NCBI GenBank assembly: GCA_030833925.1
Contig: JAURGE010000002.1
Location: 65,214 to 129,213 of the forward strand
DNA length: 64,000 bases
Origin: Alphaproteobacteria bacterium
GTDB lineage: Bacteria; Pseudomonadota; Alphaproteobacteria; Bin95
Reading direction: 5' to 3'
Position 1 is the stretch's first letter. Every line of letters begins with the position of its first letter. The translations under genes were made by a program, and so were the position numbers. Of the stretch, positions 1 through 10,363 are shown in pieces. Below the pieces are notes generated by a model. That model had not been told where the DNA came from. It saw nothing but the letters and a program-made list of their open reading frames with translations, and ran no database searches.

Positions 1-85
1 TGGCTAAACGCTTGTCGAAGCCAATGGAAACATTGATTTCAGACATTATATCAGAGGAACCACCCTGAAAGCGGCCGCCCCACAT
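1..85 (-). CDS. argH: Argininosuccinate lyase, N-terminal fragment. The gene continues beyond the window start. An alternative start is the ATG at 118 that overlaps the tlpA start.
   Basis: Reverse-strand translation gives ...[30 protein letters not shown], the conserved ArgH N-terminus with the MWGGRF motif. It is divergent from the tlpA-like gene, as in many alphaproteobacteria. Confidence 0.55.
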   Translation of the reverse strand, partial: MWGGRFQGGSSDIMSEINVSIGFDKRLA

Positions 86-116
86 CGCGTTCGCGGACTT
101 ATCCTCGGAGCTGGAC

Positions 117-662
117 ATGCGCCAATCCCTGAAATTGATAATCGTATTTTTGGTAATGGCGTTATGGAGCATCCATGGGCTTACGTCCATCGCTGCATCT
201 GCGCCGCCACCTGACAAGTTATTAATACACTCGCCCCCGCTACCTCTTCCAGAGCAGAGCTTTTTAACAGAAACGGGTGAAGAAGCGCATATCAAAGACC
301 ACATTGGGAAAGTAATAATTTTAAACTTCTGGGCAACTTGGTGCGCACCATGCGTTAAAGAATTGCCACACCTAGACTCCCTGAAGGCAGCACTCCCTGC
401 GGATCAATTCCTTGTACTCGCACTTTCGACAGACGCTCGTGGCAAAGAAAAAGCGGCCCCGTTTCTAAAAAAATTAGGAATAAAGCACCTGAATGCTGAT
501 CTAGATCCGCGCTCCAAACTTGCACGTCAGTTAGGCTCTAGAGGCCTGCCAACAACATTTATCTTCAATACATCAGGACAAATAATTGCTTCATTGGAAG
601 GGTTTGCAGAATGGGATAGCCCTTCCTTTGTTGCCTGGTTCAAAAGCCTTTTAAAGGATTAA
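117..662 (+). CDS. TlpA/ResA/DsbE-like periplasmic thiol:disulfide oxidoreductase of the thioredoxin fold.
   Basis: 181 aa with an N-terminal hydrophobic signal or anchor, a WCAPC active-site motif, and an RGLPTTFIF motif typical of the TlpA/CcmG family. Confidence 0.75.
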   Translation: MRQSLKLIIVFLVMALWSIHGLTSIAASAPPPDKLLIHSPPLPLPEQSFLTETGEEAHIKDHIGKVIILNFWATWCAPCVKELPHLDSLKAALPADQFLVLALSTDARGKEKAAPFLKKLGIKHLNADLDPRSKLARQLGSRGLPTTFIFNTSGQIIASLEGFAEWDSPSFVAWFKSLLKD

Positions 663-679
663 AGATTTTTCGAACTTAA

Positions 680-2299
680 TTAGTGCCTAAAATGGCGCAT
701 CCCTGTGAAGACCATTGCGAGGCCAGCCTCGTCAGCCGCAGATATGACTTCATCGTCCCGGATCGATCCCCCGGGCTGTATTACTGCAGTTGCTCCTGCT
801 TCCACGGCGGCCATAAGACCATCAGCGAATGGAAAAAATGCGTCAGAGGCAACAACTGAGCCTTTTGTCAGAGGTTCGGGCATCCCAGCTGCCTGTGCTG
901 CGTCAATTGCCTTACGCGCAGCAATTCGAGCCGAATCCACTCGGCTCATTTGCCCAGCGCCGACACCCACGGTAGCTCCGTTTTTAACATAAACAATAGC
1001 ATTAGATTTTACATGCTTACCTACGCGGAAGGCGAAGAGAAGATCCTTCATCTCTTGCTCTGTTGGGGCGCGCTTAGTTACGACCTTTAAATCTTTCACC
1101 TCTATCCGCCCATTGTCTCTCGTCTGTGCTAACACGCCACCAGACAAATTTTTGAACGCTAGGCCAAGAGACGCTGGATCTGGCATTGCGCCGGTCTTAA
1201 GAAGCCTCAAGTTCTTTTTACTAGACAAAACAGACTTTGCTTCCTCAGACACCTCTGGCGCAATCACCACCTCAACAAACAACTTTCCGATTTGTTCTGC
1301 TGTTTCCGCATCCAGAGACCTATTCACTGCAATAACGCCACCAAAAGCACTTACCGGGTCACATGCAAGTGCGCGCATCCAAGCTTCTACCAACGTTGGA
1401 GCAGTCGCTACTCCACAAGGATTTGCATGCTTGATAATTGCCACGGCCGGCTCATCAAATTCGGCAGCCAGTTCGAAAGCAGCATCCGTATCATTGAGGT
1501 TGTTGTATGAAAGTTCTTTACCTTGAAGTTGTTCAGCGGTTGCCACTCCAGGTCGCAGATTTCCCCGGGCATCTGGCATCCGATAAAAGGCTGCTTGCTG
1601 ATGAGGGTTCTCCCCATATCGCAAACTTTGTCCCTCGGTCCCTGCAATCGGAAAAGTAGCAGGCAAAGTTTCTTCCCGCTCGATCGCGAACCAATTTGCA
1701 ATTCGAGCGTCGTAGGCAGCAGTTCGCGCATAAGCTTCACCGGCGAGGCGACGACGGAGCTGAAGCGTCGTGGAGCCTGCATTTGCTTCCATTTCTGCTT
1801 GAATGGCTAAAAGCTGATCTGGGTGTGTAGCTACGGTAACATACCCATGATTTTTAGCGGCTGCCCGAATCATTGCGGGACCGCCGATATCAATATTTTC
1901 GATACAGGTATCCGCATCGGCTCCTGATGCTACTGTCGACTCAAATGGATATAAGTTGACCACCAGCAGATCGATCTCTGGCAGGCCATGGTTCTCAAGC
2001 GCTGCCTTGTGGTCCTTCAAACCCCGGACTGCCAGAAGGCCACCATGTACCTTTGGATGTAATGTTTTCACTCTGCCATCGAGTATCTCAGGGAAACCAG
2101 TTATCTCTGCCACCTCGATTGCTAGCACACCCGCCTCAACCAACGCTTTGCGCGTCCCACCTGTCGAAATAACTTCAACACCGCTGGCGGTCAAAAACTT
2201 TCCAAATTCGACTATCCCGGTCTTATCAGAAACTGAAATCAGTGCGCGTGAAATTTTAACGCGGTCTGGGGAAGGCGGAAGCACAAGAGAAACGGCCAT
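680..2299 (-). CDS. purH: Bifunctional AICAR transformylase / IMP cyclohydrolase.
   Basis: 539 aa. An N-terminal MGS-like domain ([21 protein letters not shown]) and a C-terminal AICARFT domain align along the full length with PurH. Confidence 0.95.
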   Translation of the reverse strand: MAVSLVLPPSPDRVKISRALISVSDKTGIVEFGKFLTASGVEVISTGGTRKALVEAGVLAIEVAEITGFPEILDGRVKTLHPKVHGGLLAVRGLKDHKAALENHGLPEIDLLVVNLYPFESTVASGADADTCIENIDIGGPAMIRAAAKNHGYVTVATHPDQLLAIQAEMEANAGSTTLQLRRRLAGEAYARTAAYDARIANWFAIEREETLPATFPIAGTEGQSLRYGENPHQQAAFYRMPDARGNLRPGVATAEQLQGKELSYNNLNDTDAAFELAAEFDEPAVAIIKHANPCGVATAPTLVEAWMRALACDPVSAFGGVIAVNRSLDAETAEQIGKLFVEVVIAPEVSEEAKSVLSSKKNLRLLKTGAMPDPASLGLAFKNLSGGVLAQTRDNGRIEVKDLKVVTKRAPTEQEMKDLLFAFRVGKHVKSNAIVYVKNGATVGVGAGQMSRVDSARIAARKAIDAAQAAGMPEPLTKGSVVASDAFFPFADGLMAAVEAGATAVIQPGGSIRDDEVISAADEAGLAMVFTGMRHFRH

Positions 2300-2390
2300 C
2301 GCAGTTAGCGACTCCTATTAAAGCTTTTTAAAAAGAAGGAGGTTTTGCGGGTCAGGTCTGAGAGAGTCAAACGCGCAATCAGTGGAAAAT

Positions 2391-3908
2391 TTAGCTTGTG
2401 GGCTCTTTTCGGATTGCCCACCTTCGAGTTTGTCCTGGATAAATTGAGAATTCGATGCGGAGACCTGCTGCAGGTGCTCCGGGAAGACCGCGGTAAGGTT
2501 CTGGTGAAAGCTGAATTGGATGATCAGCACGCAAACGCCAACCTTGTCCTGACGATGTTCTAATTAACGCTGAAGTTTCATCTATCTGGATGGCATCTGC
2601 ACTTGGATGTAGGTGAAAAGGAACTAATCCCTCGGTCTTTGAACGCGTTTCCATAGAATCCTCACCACGAATATCAAATCCGTCGGCAGCGAGGAAAACT
2701 CTTCTCTTCCAAGTAATTTCAGGTCTCGCCTGCCTATAGGAGGCCGTCAACAAACTAGCACCCTCTTCAGTGACTCGTTCGATTGGATTAAAATCAAGAA
2801 AACGAGAGCTTGTGGCGATTGGTGCGCTGAAGACAGAAGATCTATCACTCTGATAACGTGGAGCTGGAGCATCAGAAGTAGAACCAACACTCACGAGAAT
2901 TCTATCGGATCCATGACTAAACTCTAACGCTCCGTTCCTAGCCGATAGAATTACTGACGAGCGCCCAGCGAGAGCACGGGAGTATCCAGCATTTGGAAGA
3001 TCTAAAAGAGCGCGCCCTCTCCAGCCCGATGCCGCTAACGCTAGATCAACCGCCTGAGGGTCTCCTTCTCCACCACTGAAGACCGCTAGCCCACCATTAC
3101 CAGCGCGCAGCACTGAAACAGGGCCCGATACCGCGCTGATCACCTCAAAAATGTTAGTACGAAATTGCCAACTGATCGCATTCGCGGCCGCGCGAAGGTC
3201 TAGCAGGCGCATTAACGTATCAAGTTGATCAATCGGAGACGCGTTGATCACCCAACCGTCACTACCGATATCATCACGACATGCAGCAGCAAAGATACTA
3301 TCTATAATGGGAAAATATTTATCCCCTGCGCCGACTGCAACTGCCCCAGCAGCAAGACCAGTTATCGCTGCAAACCGACCAGAGCCAGGAGAAACTTGAC
3401 CAATTCGCTTTTTCAACCACGCTGTTTGAACAGCAGTTTGCTCCATAAAATTGGATCGAAAGGAAGGCCCCGCACTCGCGGCAAAAAAATCATATGCGCC
3501 CATCCAAGCAACTAGGCGCTGACCAACTACGTCTATTCGCCACGCTATTCGGTCACCTCTGTGATCAGTTTCAAGCCAGGTCGTCAGTGCACGACGAGCC
3601 GTTTGTCTAGCAGCATCACCACCTAGCGAACGAAGGTCACGAAGCCATACAAAGCTGTGGGCACGGGTGCGGCGGGCATCATCTTTAGCCAATTCACGGT
3701 CCCGTGGCTCAGGACCAAGGGCAGCGAAAAGATCGGCCTCATTTGAAATTAAAATTTCACCGCGACTAGCATCACCTGGCCAGGGGTCTTTAAAGCGATA
3801 GACTGGATCTGTCGGAGCGTCTGGCGCGGTTTGGAACACATCTAAAAGGGTTTCAAACCAGGGGGCGCGAACATGGCGACTAAGCCGACGCGACGGCGTC
3901 TCTTCCAT
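2391..3908 (-). CDS. Heparinase II/III-like family protein, apparently cytoplasmic and of unknown function.
   Basis: 505 aa with no signal peptide. The sequence resembles the alginate-lyase/heparinase II/III fold family. Its start overlaps the rpe stop (TGATG), so it is translationally coupled inside rpe-X-purH. Confidence 0.65.
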   Translation of the reverse strand: MEETPSRRLSRHVRAPWFETLLDVFQTAPDAPTDPVYRFKDPWPGDASRGEILISNEADLFAALGPEPRDRELAKDDARRTRAHSFVWLRDLRSLGGDAARQTARRALTTWLETDHRGDRIAWRIDVVGQRLVAWMGAYDFFAASAGPSFRSNFMEQTAVQTAWLKKRIGQVSPGSGRFAAITGLAAGAVAVGAGDKYFPIIDSIFAAACRDDIGSDGWVINASPIDQLDTLMRLLDLRAAANAISWQFRTNIFEVISAVSGPVSVLRAGNGGLAVFSGGEGDPQAVDLALAASGWRGRALLDLPNAGYSRALAGRSSVILSARNGALEFSHGSDRILVSVGSTSDAPAPRYQSDRSSVFSAPIATSSRFLDFNPIERVTEEGASLLTASYRQARPEITWKRRVFLAADGFDIRGEDSMETRSKTEGLVPFHLHPSADAIQIDETSALIRTSSGQGWRLRADHPIQLSPEPYRGLPGAPAAGLRIEFSIYPGQTRRWAIRKEPTS

Positions 3909-4594
3909 CAGCCGAGACCAGTTAAGGCTGCATCACGAATCGCTTTTATGTTGGTTGCATAAGCCTTTTCACCACCTTTGAAGACAGCTGTTCCCGCGAC
4001 GAGCACATCAGCTCCTGCCGCTACAACTTTCGCGGCTGTTTCTGGTGTTATGCCTCCATCAACCTGAAGTCTAATATCCCGGCCTGAAGCATTGATCCGA
4101 CTCCGTACAGCACGAATTTTTTCAAGTTGGCTCTCTATGAATGATTGACCGCCAAAGCCTGGGTTAACACTCATAACCAGCACAAGATCAACCATATCGA
4201 TAAGATTATCGATCGTCTCAACTGGTGTTCCTGGGTTCAATGCAACCCCCGCTTTCATTCCGAGACTACTAATGAGACCAAGAGAACGGTGGATGTGTGG
4301 ACCCGATTCGGGATGAACAGTGATACGCTCACAACCCGCCTTCTTAAATTCAGGCAGAAAGGTATCAACTGCTTCTATCATCAAATGCGCGTCAAATGTT
4401 TTGCTGGTCACTCCACGAAGAGACTGAATGACCGACGGCCCAAAGCTAATATTTGGGACAAAATTTCCGTCCATCACGTCGAGATGGATCCAATCAGCAC
4501 CAGAAATATCAACTGCTTGAACGCATTCACCAAGCTTGGCAAAATCAGCAGAAAGAATGGATGGAGCTATTAAAATATCAGTCATCATAAACAC
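3908..4594 (-). CDS. rpe: Ribulose-phosphate 3-epimerase.
   Basis: 228 aa with an N-terminus [15 protein letters not shown]...[12 protein letters not shown] that is diagnostic for Rpe. Confidence 0.92.
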   Translation of the reverse strand: MFMMTDILIAPSILSADFAKLGECVQAVDISGADWIHLDVMDGNFVPNISFGPSVIQSLRGVTSKTFDAHLMIEAVDTFLPEFKKAGCERITVHPESGPHIHRSLGLISSLGMKAGVALNPGTPVETIDNLIDMVDLVLVMSVNPGFGGQSFIESQLEKIRAVRSRINASGRDIRLQVDGGITPETAAKVVAAGADVLVAGTAVFKGGEKAYATNIKAIRDAALTGLG

Positions 4595-4689
4595 GTTACG
4601 TACCAGGCCAGAATTCGCGTAACAAGCATTAAGCTAATAAACAACAGAAATGTGAAAAGGATAAGCTTCTTCCTTGATAAGTTTGCTCA

Positions 4690-5913
4690 ATGTCTAGTCG
4701 AAATCTCGTTTTAATTGTTTGTGCTGCTCAGATTGCAGCACAACTAGGCGCATATGTATGGTCAGCACTACTTCCTGAGCTAAAAGAAGCTTGGGATATC
4801 GGGCCGGCGGAAGCAGGCCTAATTACCGGTTCCTTCTACCTCGCATACATGATTGCCGCTCCCATTCTCGTCTCATTAACGGACAGAATAGATCCGAAGC
4901 GCATTTACATAATCGGTGCTACAGCTATCGCTGCTGGGCATTTTGGCTTTGCTTATATTGCAGACGGATTGTGGACGGCAGTTGCAGTACGTGCGATCGC
5001 AGGGTTTGGCTGGGCAGGTGTATACATGACCGGCCTCAAACTCCTTGCTGACCGCGTTGAACCCGAATTGATGCGCCGCGCTGTTGCGTGGCACGCTGCA
5101 GGAATTGGAGCAGCGGGTGCGATCTCTTTCTTTTACGGCGATATCGTATCGCAACTTTTCGGATGGCATACAGCTTTTGCGTGGGCTGGTTGGCTGTCTG
5201 TGCTAGCGTGCGCTCTAGTAGTTAGCGCGGCTCCATCTGTTGCCCCTCCTAAGCCTTCCAACCAAACCACCGCACTTTTAGATTTCCGCCCAATTTTAAA
5301 AAATCGGGCAGCCATGGCCTACGCACTAACCTATTGTATCCACACTTACGAAATGAGCGTTATGCGCGGCTGGGGAGTAGCATTTCTCGTTTATGTAGCA
5401 TCTAAGGGACCCGACAGTGCTTCGACCTGGGTTTCCCCAGCTCTTACCGCCACGGTGTTGGCTCTCGTCGGAACAGCAATGAGCGTTTATGGAAATGGAT
5501 TATCGATAAAGATTGGTCGGCCCGCGATTGTCAGGCTTGCAACCATACTCTCTGCGATTGCTGCGGTGGCTCTTGGATTTCTGGGGCCAAGCGCCTACTG
5601 GTTAGCAGTAACACTTGCAGTAATTGCTGGGGCAGCAATCTGGTTAGATAGCTCCACATTGACTGGAGGAACATCAGAGTCTGCCGAAACCGGCCGCCGC
5701 GGACAGACACTTGCCCTACACACGACGCTTGGTTACGCCGGTGGCGCAGCAGGGCCTATGATAATGGGCGTAATCCTCGCTTCGTTTGCTGGCCCAAATG
5801 GATACAGCGATCTTGCATGGGGCCTTGGCTTCCTGCATGTAGCCCTTCTTGGTTTAATCAGCCGCGTTATTTTTTGTCGGCTTATTGCTGACACTACCGC
5901 CAAAGAGCCGTAA
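4690..5913 (+). CDS. MFS transporter.
   Basis: 407 aa with about 12 predicted hydrophobic helices and an MFS-like loop motif (SLTDRIDPKR). Confidence 0.8.
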   Translation: MSSRNLVLIVCAAQIAAQLGAYVWSALLPELKEAWDIGPAEAGLITGSFYLAYMIAAPILVSLTDRIDPKRIYIIGATAIAAGHFGFAYIADGLWTAVAVRAIAGFGWAGVYMTGLKLLADRVEPELMRRAVAWHAAGIGAAGAISFFYGDIVSQLFGWHTAFAWAGWLSVLACALVVSAAPSVAPPKPSNQTTALLDFRPILKNRAAMAYALTYCIHTYEMSVMRGWGVAFLVYVASKGPDSASTWVSPALTATVLALVGTAMSVYGNGLSIKIGRPAIVRLATILSAIAAVALGFLGPSAYWLAVTLAVIAGAAIWLDSSTLTGGTSESAETGRRGQTLALHTTLGYAGGAAGPMIMGVILASFAGPNGYSDLAWGLGFLHVALLGLISRVIFCRLIADTTAKEP

Positions 5914-5930
5914 CTAGCGCTAATATTCAT

Positions 5931-7361
5931 TTGGAGAGATGCATGGCCGCTTCCAACACCCCTACGTCTAACCGCCATAATGCGGCTCGCCTAGATGCAG
6001 TGCTTTCTGAGTTAGAGTTGATACTGGGGGATAGATTATCCACTTCAACAGCTGTGCGGGATCAACACGCTCAAGGTGAAGATCATTTTAGACCAGCTCC
6101 CCCGGACGCAGTAGCTTTCGCTGAAACCACTGAAGAAGTCTCAGCAATTCTCAAAGTCTGCAATGCCCATGAATTCCCCGTAATCGCTTGGGGAACTGGA
6201 ACTTCTTTGGAAGGTAATGTTCAGGCCATACACGGTGGAATCACCATCGATGTCTCAGGCATGAACAAGGTTATTGAGGTGAATGCGGCTGATGGCGACT
6301 GCCTTGTCCAAGCAGGCGTTACTCGCAAAGCAATTAATGAACATTTGCGCGATACAGGATACTTCTTCCCAGTCGACCCTGGCGCCGATGCAAGTTTAGG
6401 TGGCATGGCTGCAACAGGAGCTTCAGGAACCAATGCCGTGCTCTACGGCACTATGAAGGAAAATGTCATAGGTCTTACGGTTGTTCTTGCTGATGGAACT
6501 ATTATGAAGACCGGCGGACGCGCTCGTAAAACATCTGCTGGTTATGATCTTACCCATCTTATCGTGGGGTCAGAAGGTACGCTGGGTATCATTACAGAGG
6601 TTCGTTTACGTCTTTATGGCGTTCCCGAAAAAATTGCGGCAGCTGTTTGCCAATTTGATGATCTTGCGAGTGCAGTTGCGACTGTACAGCAAACAATTCA
6701 AATGGGAGTTCCTGTAGCTCGGATGGAACTATTGGACGATGTCCAGATGCAGGCGTGCATAGATTATTCGAAGCTCGAGGGTTTCCGGGCTACCCATACT
6801 TTGTTTTTTGAATTTCATGGGACCGAAGCAGGTGTTTCAGAGCAAGCTGACATTGTTCAGATGCTTGCGTCAGAAAACAATGGCGGCGGCTTCCAATGGA
6901 CGGCAAAAGCAGAGGAAAGGTCTAAACTCTGGCAGGCACGACACGATGCATATTATGCAGCTCTAGCCCAGGCCCCGGGAAAACGCGGGTGGGCCACCGA
7001 TGTAGCAGTGCCAATCTCTAATCTCGCAGAATGCATTATGACTACCAAACTCGATATCGGAGAGTCCGGGCTTTATTCACCTATCTGCGGCCATGTCGGC
7101 GATGGTAATTTTCACTGCTGCATAATGGTAGACCTCGATGACGAAGAGGAAATGGCCCGTGCAACAGCATTTAATGACAGGCTAGTTGACCGGGCGCTCG
7201 GCATGGGAGGAACATGCACTGGTGAGCACGGCGTGGGCATGGGGAAGATAGAGTTCGTTGCAAAAGAGCTAGGGCCAGAAGCCATTCTTACTATGCAAGC
7301 GATAAAAGCCGCTTTAGATCCAAAAAATATTCTGAATCCTGGCAAAGTTGCTCCTTTATGA
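5931..7361 (+). CDS. FAD-linked oxidase of the GlcD / D-lactate dehydrogenase-like, PCMH FAD-binding type.
   Basis: 476 aa with an FAD-binding signature VIAWGTGTSLEGN and a C-terminal FAD-oxidase domain. The start may be the ATG at 5943. Confidence 0.8.
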   Translation: MERCMAASNTPTSNRHNAARLDAVLSELELILGDRLSTSTAVRDQHAQGEDHFRPAPPDAVAFAETTEEVSAILKVCNAHEFPVIAWGTGTSLEGNVQAIHGGITIDVSGMNKVIEVNAADGDCLVQAGVTRKAINEHLRDTGYFFPVDPGADASLGGMAATGASGTNAVLYGTMKENVIGLTVVLADGTIMKTGGRARKTSAGYDLTHLIVGSEGTLGIITEVRLRLYGVPEKIAAAVCQFDDLASAVATVQQTIQMGVPVARMELLDDVQMQACIDYSKLEGFRATHTLFFEFHGTEAGVSEQADIVQMLASENNGGGFQWTAKAEERSKLWQARHDAYYAALAQAPGKRGWATDVAVPISNLAECIMTTKLDIGESGLYSPICGHVGDGNFHCCIMVDLDDEEEMARATAFNDRLVDRALGMGGTCTGEHGVGMGKIEFVAKELGPEAILTMQAIKAALDPKNILNPGKVAPL

Positions 7362-8341
7362 AAGTTGCAATCTACGGAGCAGGGGCGATTGGAGCCCACT
7401 TAGGCGGGATGTTGGCCAAAAATGGTGTCGATGTCTCCCTAATTGCGAGGGGCCCTCACTTACGAGCAATTCAGGACAAAGGTCTTCTGATGAAATTTCA
7501 TCATAGTGATGACGTTCTTGTCCGACCCAACGCTACTGATAATCCCGCAGAACTTGGCCTCCAAGATTACGTTATCGTTACTTTGAAAGCCCATCAAAGC
7601 CCCGCCGTTGTTGAATTAATGCAACCGCTACTTGGCCATAACACCGCAGTCGTGACCGCAATGAATGGTGTCCCGTGGTGGTATTTTCACCGGCTAGGTG
7701 GAGAGCATGAGGGTAGAACTCTAGAGAGTGTTGATCCTGGTCGTGTCCAGTGGAATGGATTAGGCCCCCACCGCGCAATCGGTATGGTGGTCCATCCTGC
7801 TGTCGAAATCACGGCCCCAGGCGTGATGCAGCATGTGGAAGGAAACGCCTATCAGGTTGGTGAGCCTTCAGGTGAAAAAACAGGCCGGGTCACGAAACTT
7901 GCTGAGGCTCTTGTTGATGCCGGGCTTCGTGCTCCAATCAGTTCCAAAATCAGAGATGATATCTGGGTAAAACTATGGGGCAATCTCTGCTTAAATCCAA
8001 TTTCGGCTTTGACAGATGCTACTCTTGCAGGGATCGGAAGAGATGATGGCGTCCGAGAGCTTGTCTTCAAGTTAGCGGAAGAAGGACGTGCAGTAGGCGA
8101 AGCACTTGGTGCACGCTTCCGTTTTACCGCGGACCGCCGATTTACGGCAGCTTTTGAAGTCGGAGAGCACAAAACCTCAATGCTTCAGGATTTGGAGCGC
8201 GGCAGGCCAATGGAGATCGACGCGCTGGTTACTGCAGTCTGTGAACTTGGTGATATTGTTGGCGTGGATACCCCCGTACTAGACGCAGTGCTAGCCTTAG
8301 TGCGTTTAAAGGCGAGAAATGCAGGATTGTATCCAATATGA
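7358..8341 (+). CDS. panE: 2-dehydropantoate 2-reductase (ketopantoate reductase, ApbA/PanE family).
   Basis: 327 aa with an N-terminal Rossmann motif MKVAIYGAGAIGAHLGG. Its ATGA start overlaps the stop of the upstream oxidase. Confidence 0.8.
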   Translation: MKVAIYGAGAIGAHLGGMLAKNGVDVSLIARGPHLRAIQDKGLLMKFHHSDDVLVRPNATDNPAELGLQDYVIVTLKAHQSPAVVELMQPLLGHNTAVVTAMNGVPWWYFHRLGGEHEGRTLESVDPGRVQWNGLGPHRAIGMVVHPAVEITAPGVMQHVEGNAYQVGEPSGEKTGRVTKLAEALVDAGLRAPISSKIRDDIWVKLWGNLCLNPISALTDATLAGIGRDDGVRELVFKLAEEGRAVGEALGARFRFTADRRFTAAFEVGEHKTSMLQDLERGRPMEIDALVTAVCELGDIVGVDTPVLDAVLALVRLKARNAGLYPI

Positions 8342-8526
8342 GTAAATCAGAAAAACAAACCGGCACTCGCCCCCTCCAACCAACAAAACAGACAGCTAGC
8401 ACTGACCGGGAAGCACGACTTGCTGCTTCGTTGAAGAGCAATATTGCACGCCGTAAAGCTCAAGCTAAAGCTCGCGAAATGAGTAATACAGGGACAAAAG
8501 ATTTTTCGCAGAACACCGGTAGTTAG
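8338..8526 (+). CDS. Small basic hypothetical protein of 62 aa, resembling alphaproteobacterial DUF4169-like proteins.
   Basis: The ATGA start overlaps the panE stop. The protein is lysine/arginine rich (ARLAASLKSNIARRKAQAKAREM) and the opposite-strand ORF at the same locus looks like noise. Confidence 0.5.
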   Translation: MSKSEKQTGTRPLQPTKQTASTDREARLAASLKSNIARRKAQAKAREMSNTGTKDFSQNTGS

Positions 8527-8629
8527 CAATATACATTTTGGCAACCTAAGATTAACGCGAATTTTCAAATGCGTAATCCCATGCAAAATTCGGCCTAATT
8601 GCTGCGAAATTACAAGCACCTAACGGCAA

Positions 8630-9463
8630 TTGAGAGAAAATATGACCACTGTCTCCCTAGCCAGCGATATCTACAACAAAGGCGGCACACCGCTCCTTAT
8701 CCTGCATGGTTTGCTGGGAGCTGCCCGGAATTGGATGGCAATAGCGAAACGGCTAGGTGAGGAATATGAGGTCCACGCTATCGACCTTAGAAATCATGGA
8801 AGATCTCCATGGATAGACGGCATGGCGTATGACGTTATTGCCAACGATGTGGCTCGCTACATCTCAGATAATGGATTAATTAGGCCAGCAATTTTAGGAC
8901 ATAGTATGGGGGGCAAAACTGCCATCGCACTGGCCCTCACCCACCCAGAAAAAGTTGATAGATTATTAGTGGCAGATATCGCACCAGTTCCCTACGGACG
9001 CGCCAGACGGTCTAGCTTTCTAGACTATATTGATGGAATGGCAACGATTGAACTCTCAGGCGTTTTAAGAAGAGCGGAGGCCGATCACATCCTAGAGCCT
9101 GTCATACCAGAAAAAAGTGTAAGGGCCTTCCTGCTTCAGAATTTAGTTCCTGACGGAGATGGCTTTCGGTGGCGTTGTAACTTGGAAGCCCTAGCAAATG
9201 GGATGGCCGATATAATCGACTTTCCAGATAAACTTCTCGAAGCACGGTATTCTAGCGGCCACGTTCTTTTCCTTACAGGTGAACTTTCAGATTATGTTAG
9301 ACCAGAGCACCGCCCGATAATCCGAAGTACCTTTCCAAATGCCCGCTTTGCAAGCTTGAAGGGAGCTGGGCATTGGCTACACGCAGATCAGCCTCGATCA
9401 TTTATAGCTGCGGTTCGCCAGTTCATGGCGGCTCCTTCGATGAAATCTCAGGTGAGAGATTGA
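8630..9463 (+). CDS. Alpha/beta hydrolase, esterase YbfF-like.
   Basis: 277 aa with an HGLLG oxyanion-region motif and a GHSMGG nucleophile elbow. Confidence 0.8.
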   Translation: MRENMTTVSLASDIYNKGGTPLLILHGLLGAARNWMAIAKRLGEEYEVHAIDLRNHGRSPWIDGMAYDVIANDVARYISDNGLIRPAILGHSMGGKTAIALALTHPEKVDRLLVADIAPVPYGRARRSSFLDYIDGMATIELSGVLRRAEADHILEPVIPEKSVRAFLLQNLVPDGDGFRWRCNLEALANGMADIIDFPDKLLEARYSSGHVLFLTGELSDYVRPEHRPIIRSTFPNARFASLKGAGHWLHADQPRSFIAAVRQFMAAPSMKSQVRD

Positions 9464-9849
9464 GTTAATCTATCAACCCTCTCTTTTAGCGCGGAAATTA
9501 ATCTTGCGGCTTCCGCAACTTCAGATTCTCGACGATCTAGAGCCTCCTGAAGAGCTTGTTTCTCAGACTGTTGTGCAGCGAGGTCTGCAACCAGCTTATT
9601 TCGTTCGGCTTCAAGCGATGGATCAGCAACATTTCCATTATCAGCCTGTTCAACTTGGGCCAATTCATCAGCTGTGATCAATGCGGCCATCACTAACAAT
9701 TGCGCATCACCGACTTGACCTACCTGCTTCGCCAGCTCTTCCACCCGACTAGCAAGGCTCTGCCCAAGCTTTTTTAGATGGCCTTCTTGACCATCCTCGC
9801 AGGCCATCCGGTAAGGACGACTATTTACTGTTACGGTAACTTCACCCAT
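9448..9849 (-). CDS. zapA: Cell division protein ZapA.
   Basis: 133 aa with the N-terminal pattern VTVTVNSRPYRMACEDGQEGHL and a C-terminal coiled coil typical of ZapA. Its 3' end overlaps the convergent hydrolase by 16 nt. Confidence 0.7.
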   Translation of the reverse strand: MGEVTVTVNSRPYRMACEDGQEGHLKKLGQSLASRVEELAKQVGQVGDAQLLVMAALITADELAQVEQADNGNVADPSLEAERNKLVADLAAQQSEKQALQEALDRRESEVAEAARLISALKERVDRLTQSLT

Positions 9850-9889
9850 CTGCCGACTTCCCTAACCGCTCTGTTGACCGAACCTTCTG

Positions 9890-10135
9890 TTACGGTCGGC
9901 CTGACAATATTGCCTCAACAAGAGCTATTGCTCCATCTAGTCGCCTGGCCACGTCGCCAGAAATGTTCTTTAAACCCGTGTGCTCTTTACGCAACGCAGC
10001 CAAAGCAACTTCAAGTTGGGCAGCCTTGTCATCAGACGGCTTTAAGTTGCTGCGCGCACCTGACGCTGCTTCTGCCTTAGCAATAGCCGCCGACAGTTGT
10101 TCCAGGGCTGTGGACAAAGATTCCGCTGAGGCCAT
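9890..10135 (-). CDS. Small coiled-coil hypothetical protein, DUF4164-like, commonly found upstream of zapA in alphaproteobacteria.
   Basis: 81 aa, alanine/leucine rich and helical, on the same strand and immediately upstream of zapA. Confidence 0.5.
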   Translation of the reverse strand: MASAESLSTALEQLSAAIAKAEAASGARSNLKPSDDKAAQLEVALAALRKEHTGLKNISGDVARRLDGAIALVEAILSGRP

Positions 10136-10363
10136 AACGACAAAAAACCCCTACATAAACAATGACTAAACAATCTTCTTAAACCTATTTCTTCATGTCG
10201 ACGATACGGTGACACCCCATCGCAGTCAACTGATTTGGAGTACCTGAAGTAGAACGGGTTGACGTCACCCTAAAGCATCCCGCATGAAGTCTATTTGAAA
10301 TAACATTTTTTAGCCCGATTCCTCAGTTTCTGCGGCGGGCTCATTCTAGGGAATTCAGCTATA

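Noticed and set aside
9448-9463. A 16-nt convergent 3' overlap between the alpha/beta-hydrolase (+) and zapA (-).
   Set aside because: It is real in the sequence but is a common feature of compact genomes with no evident functional implication.
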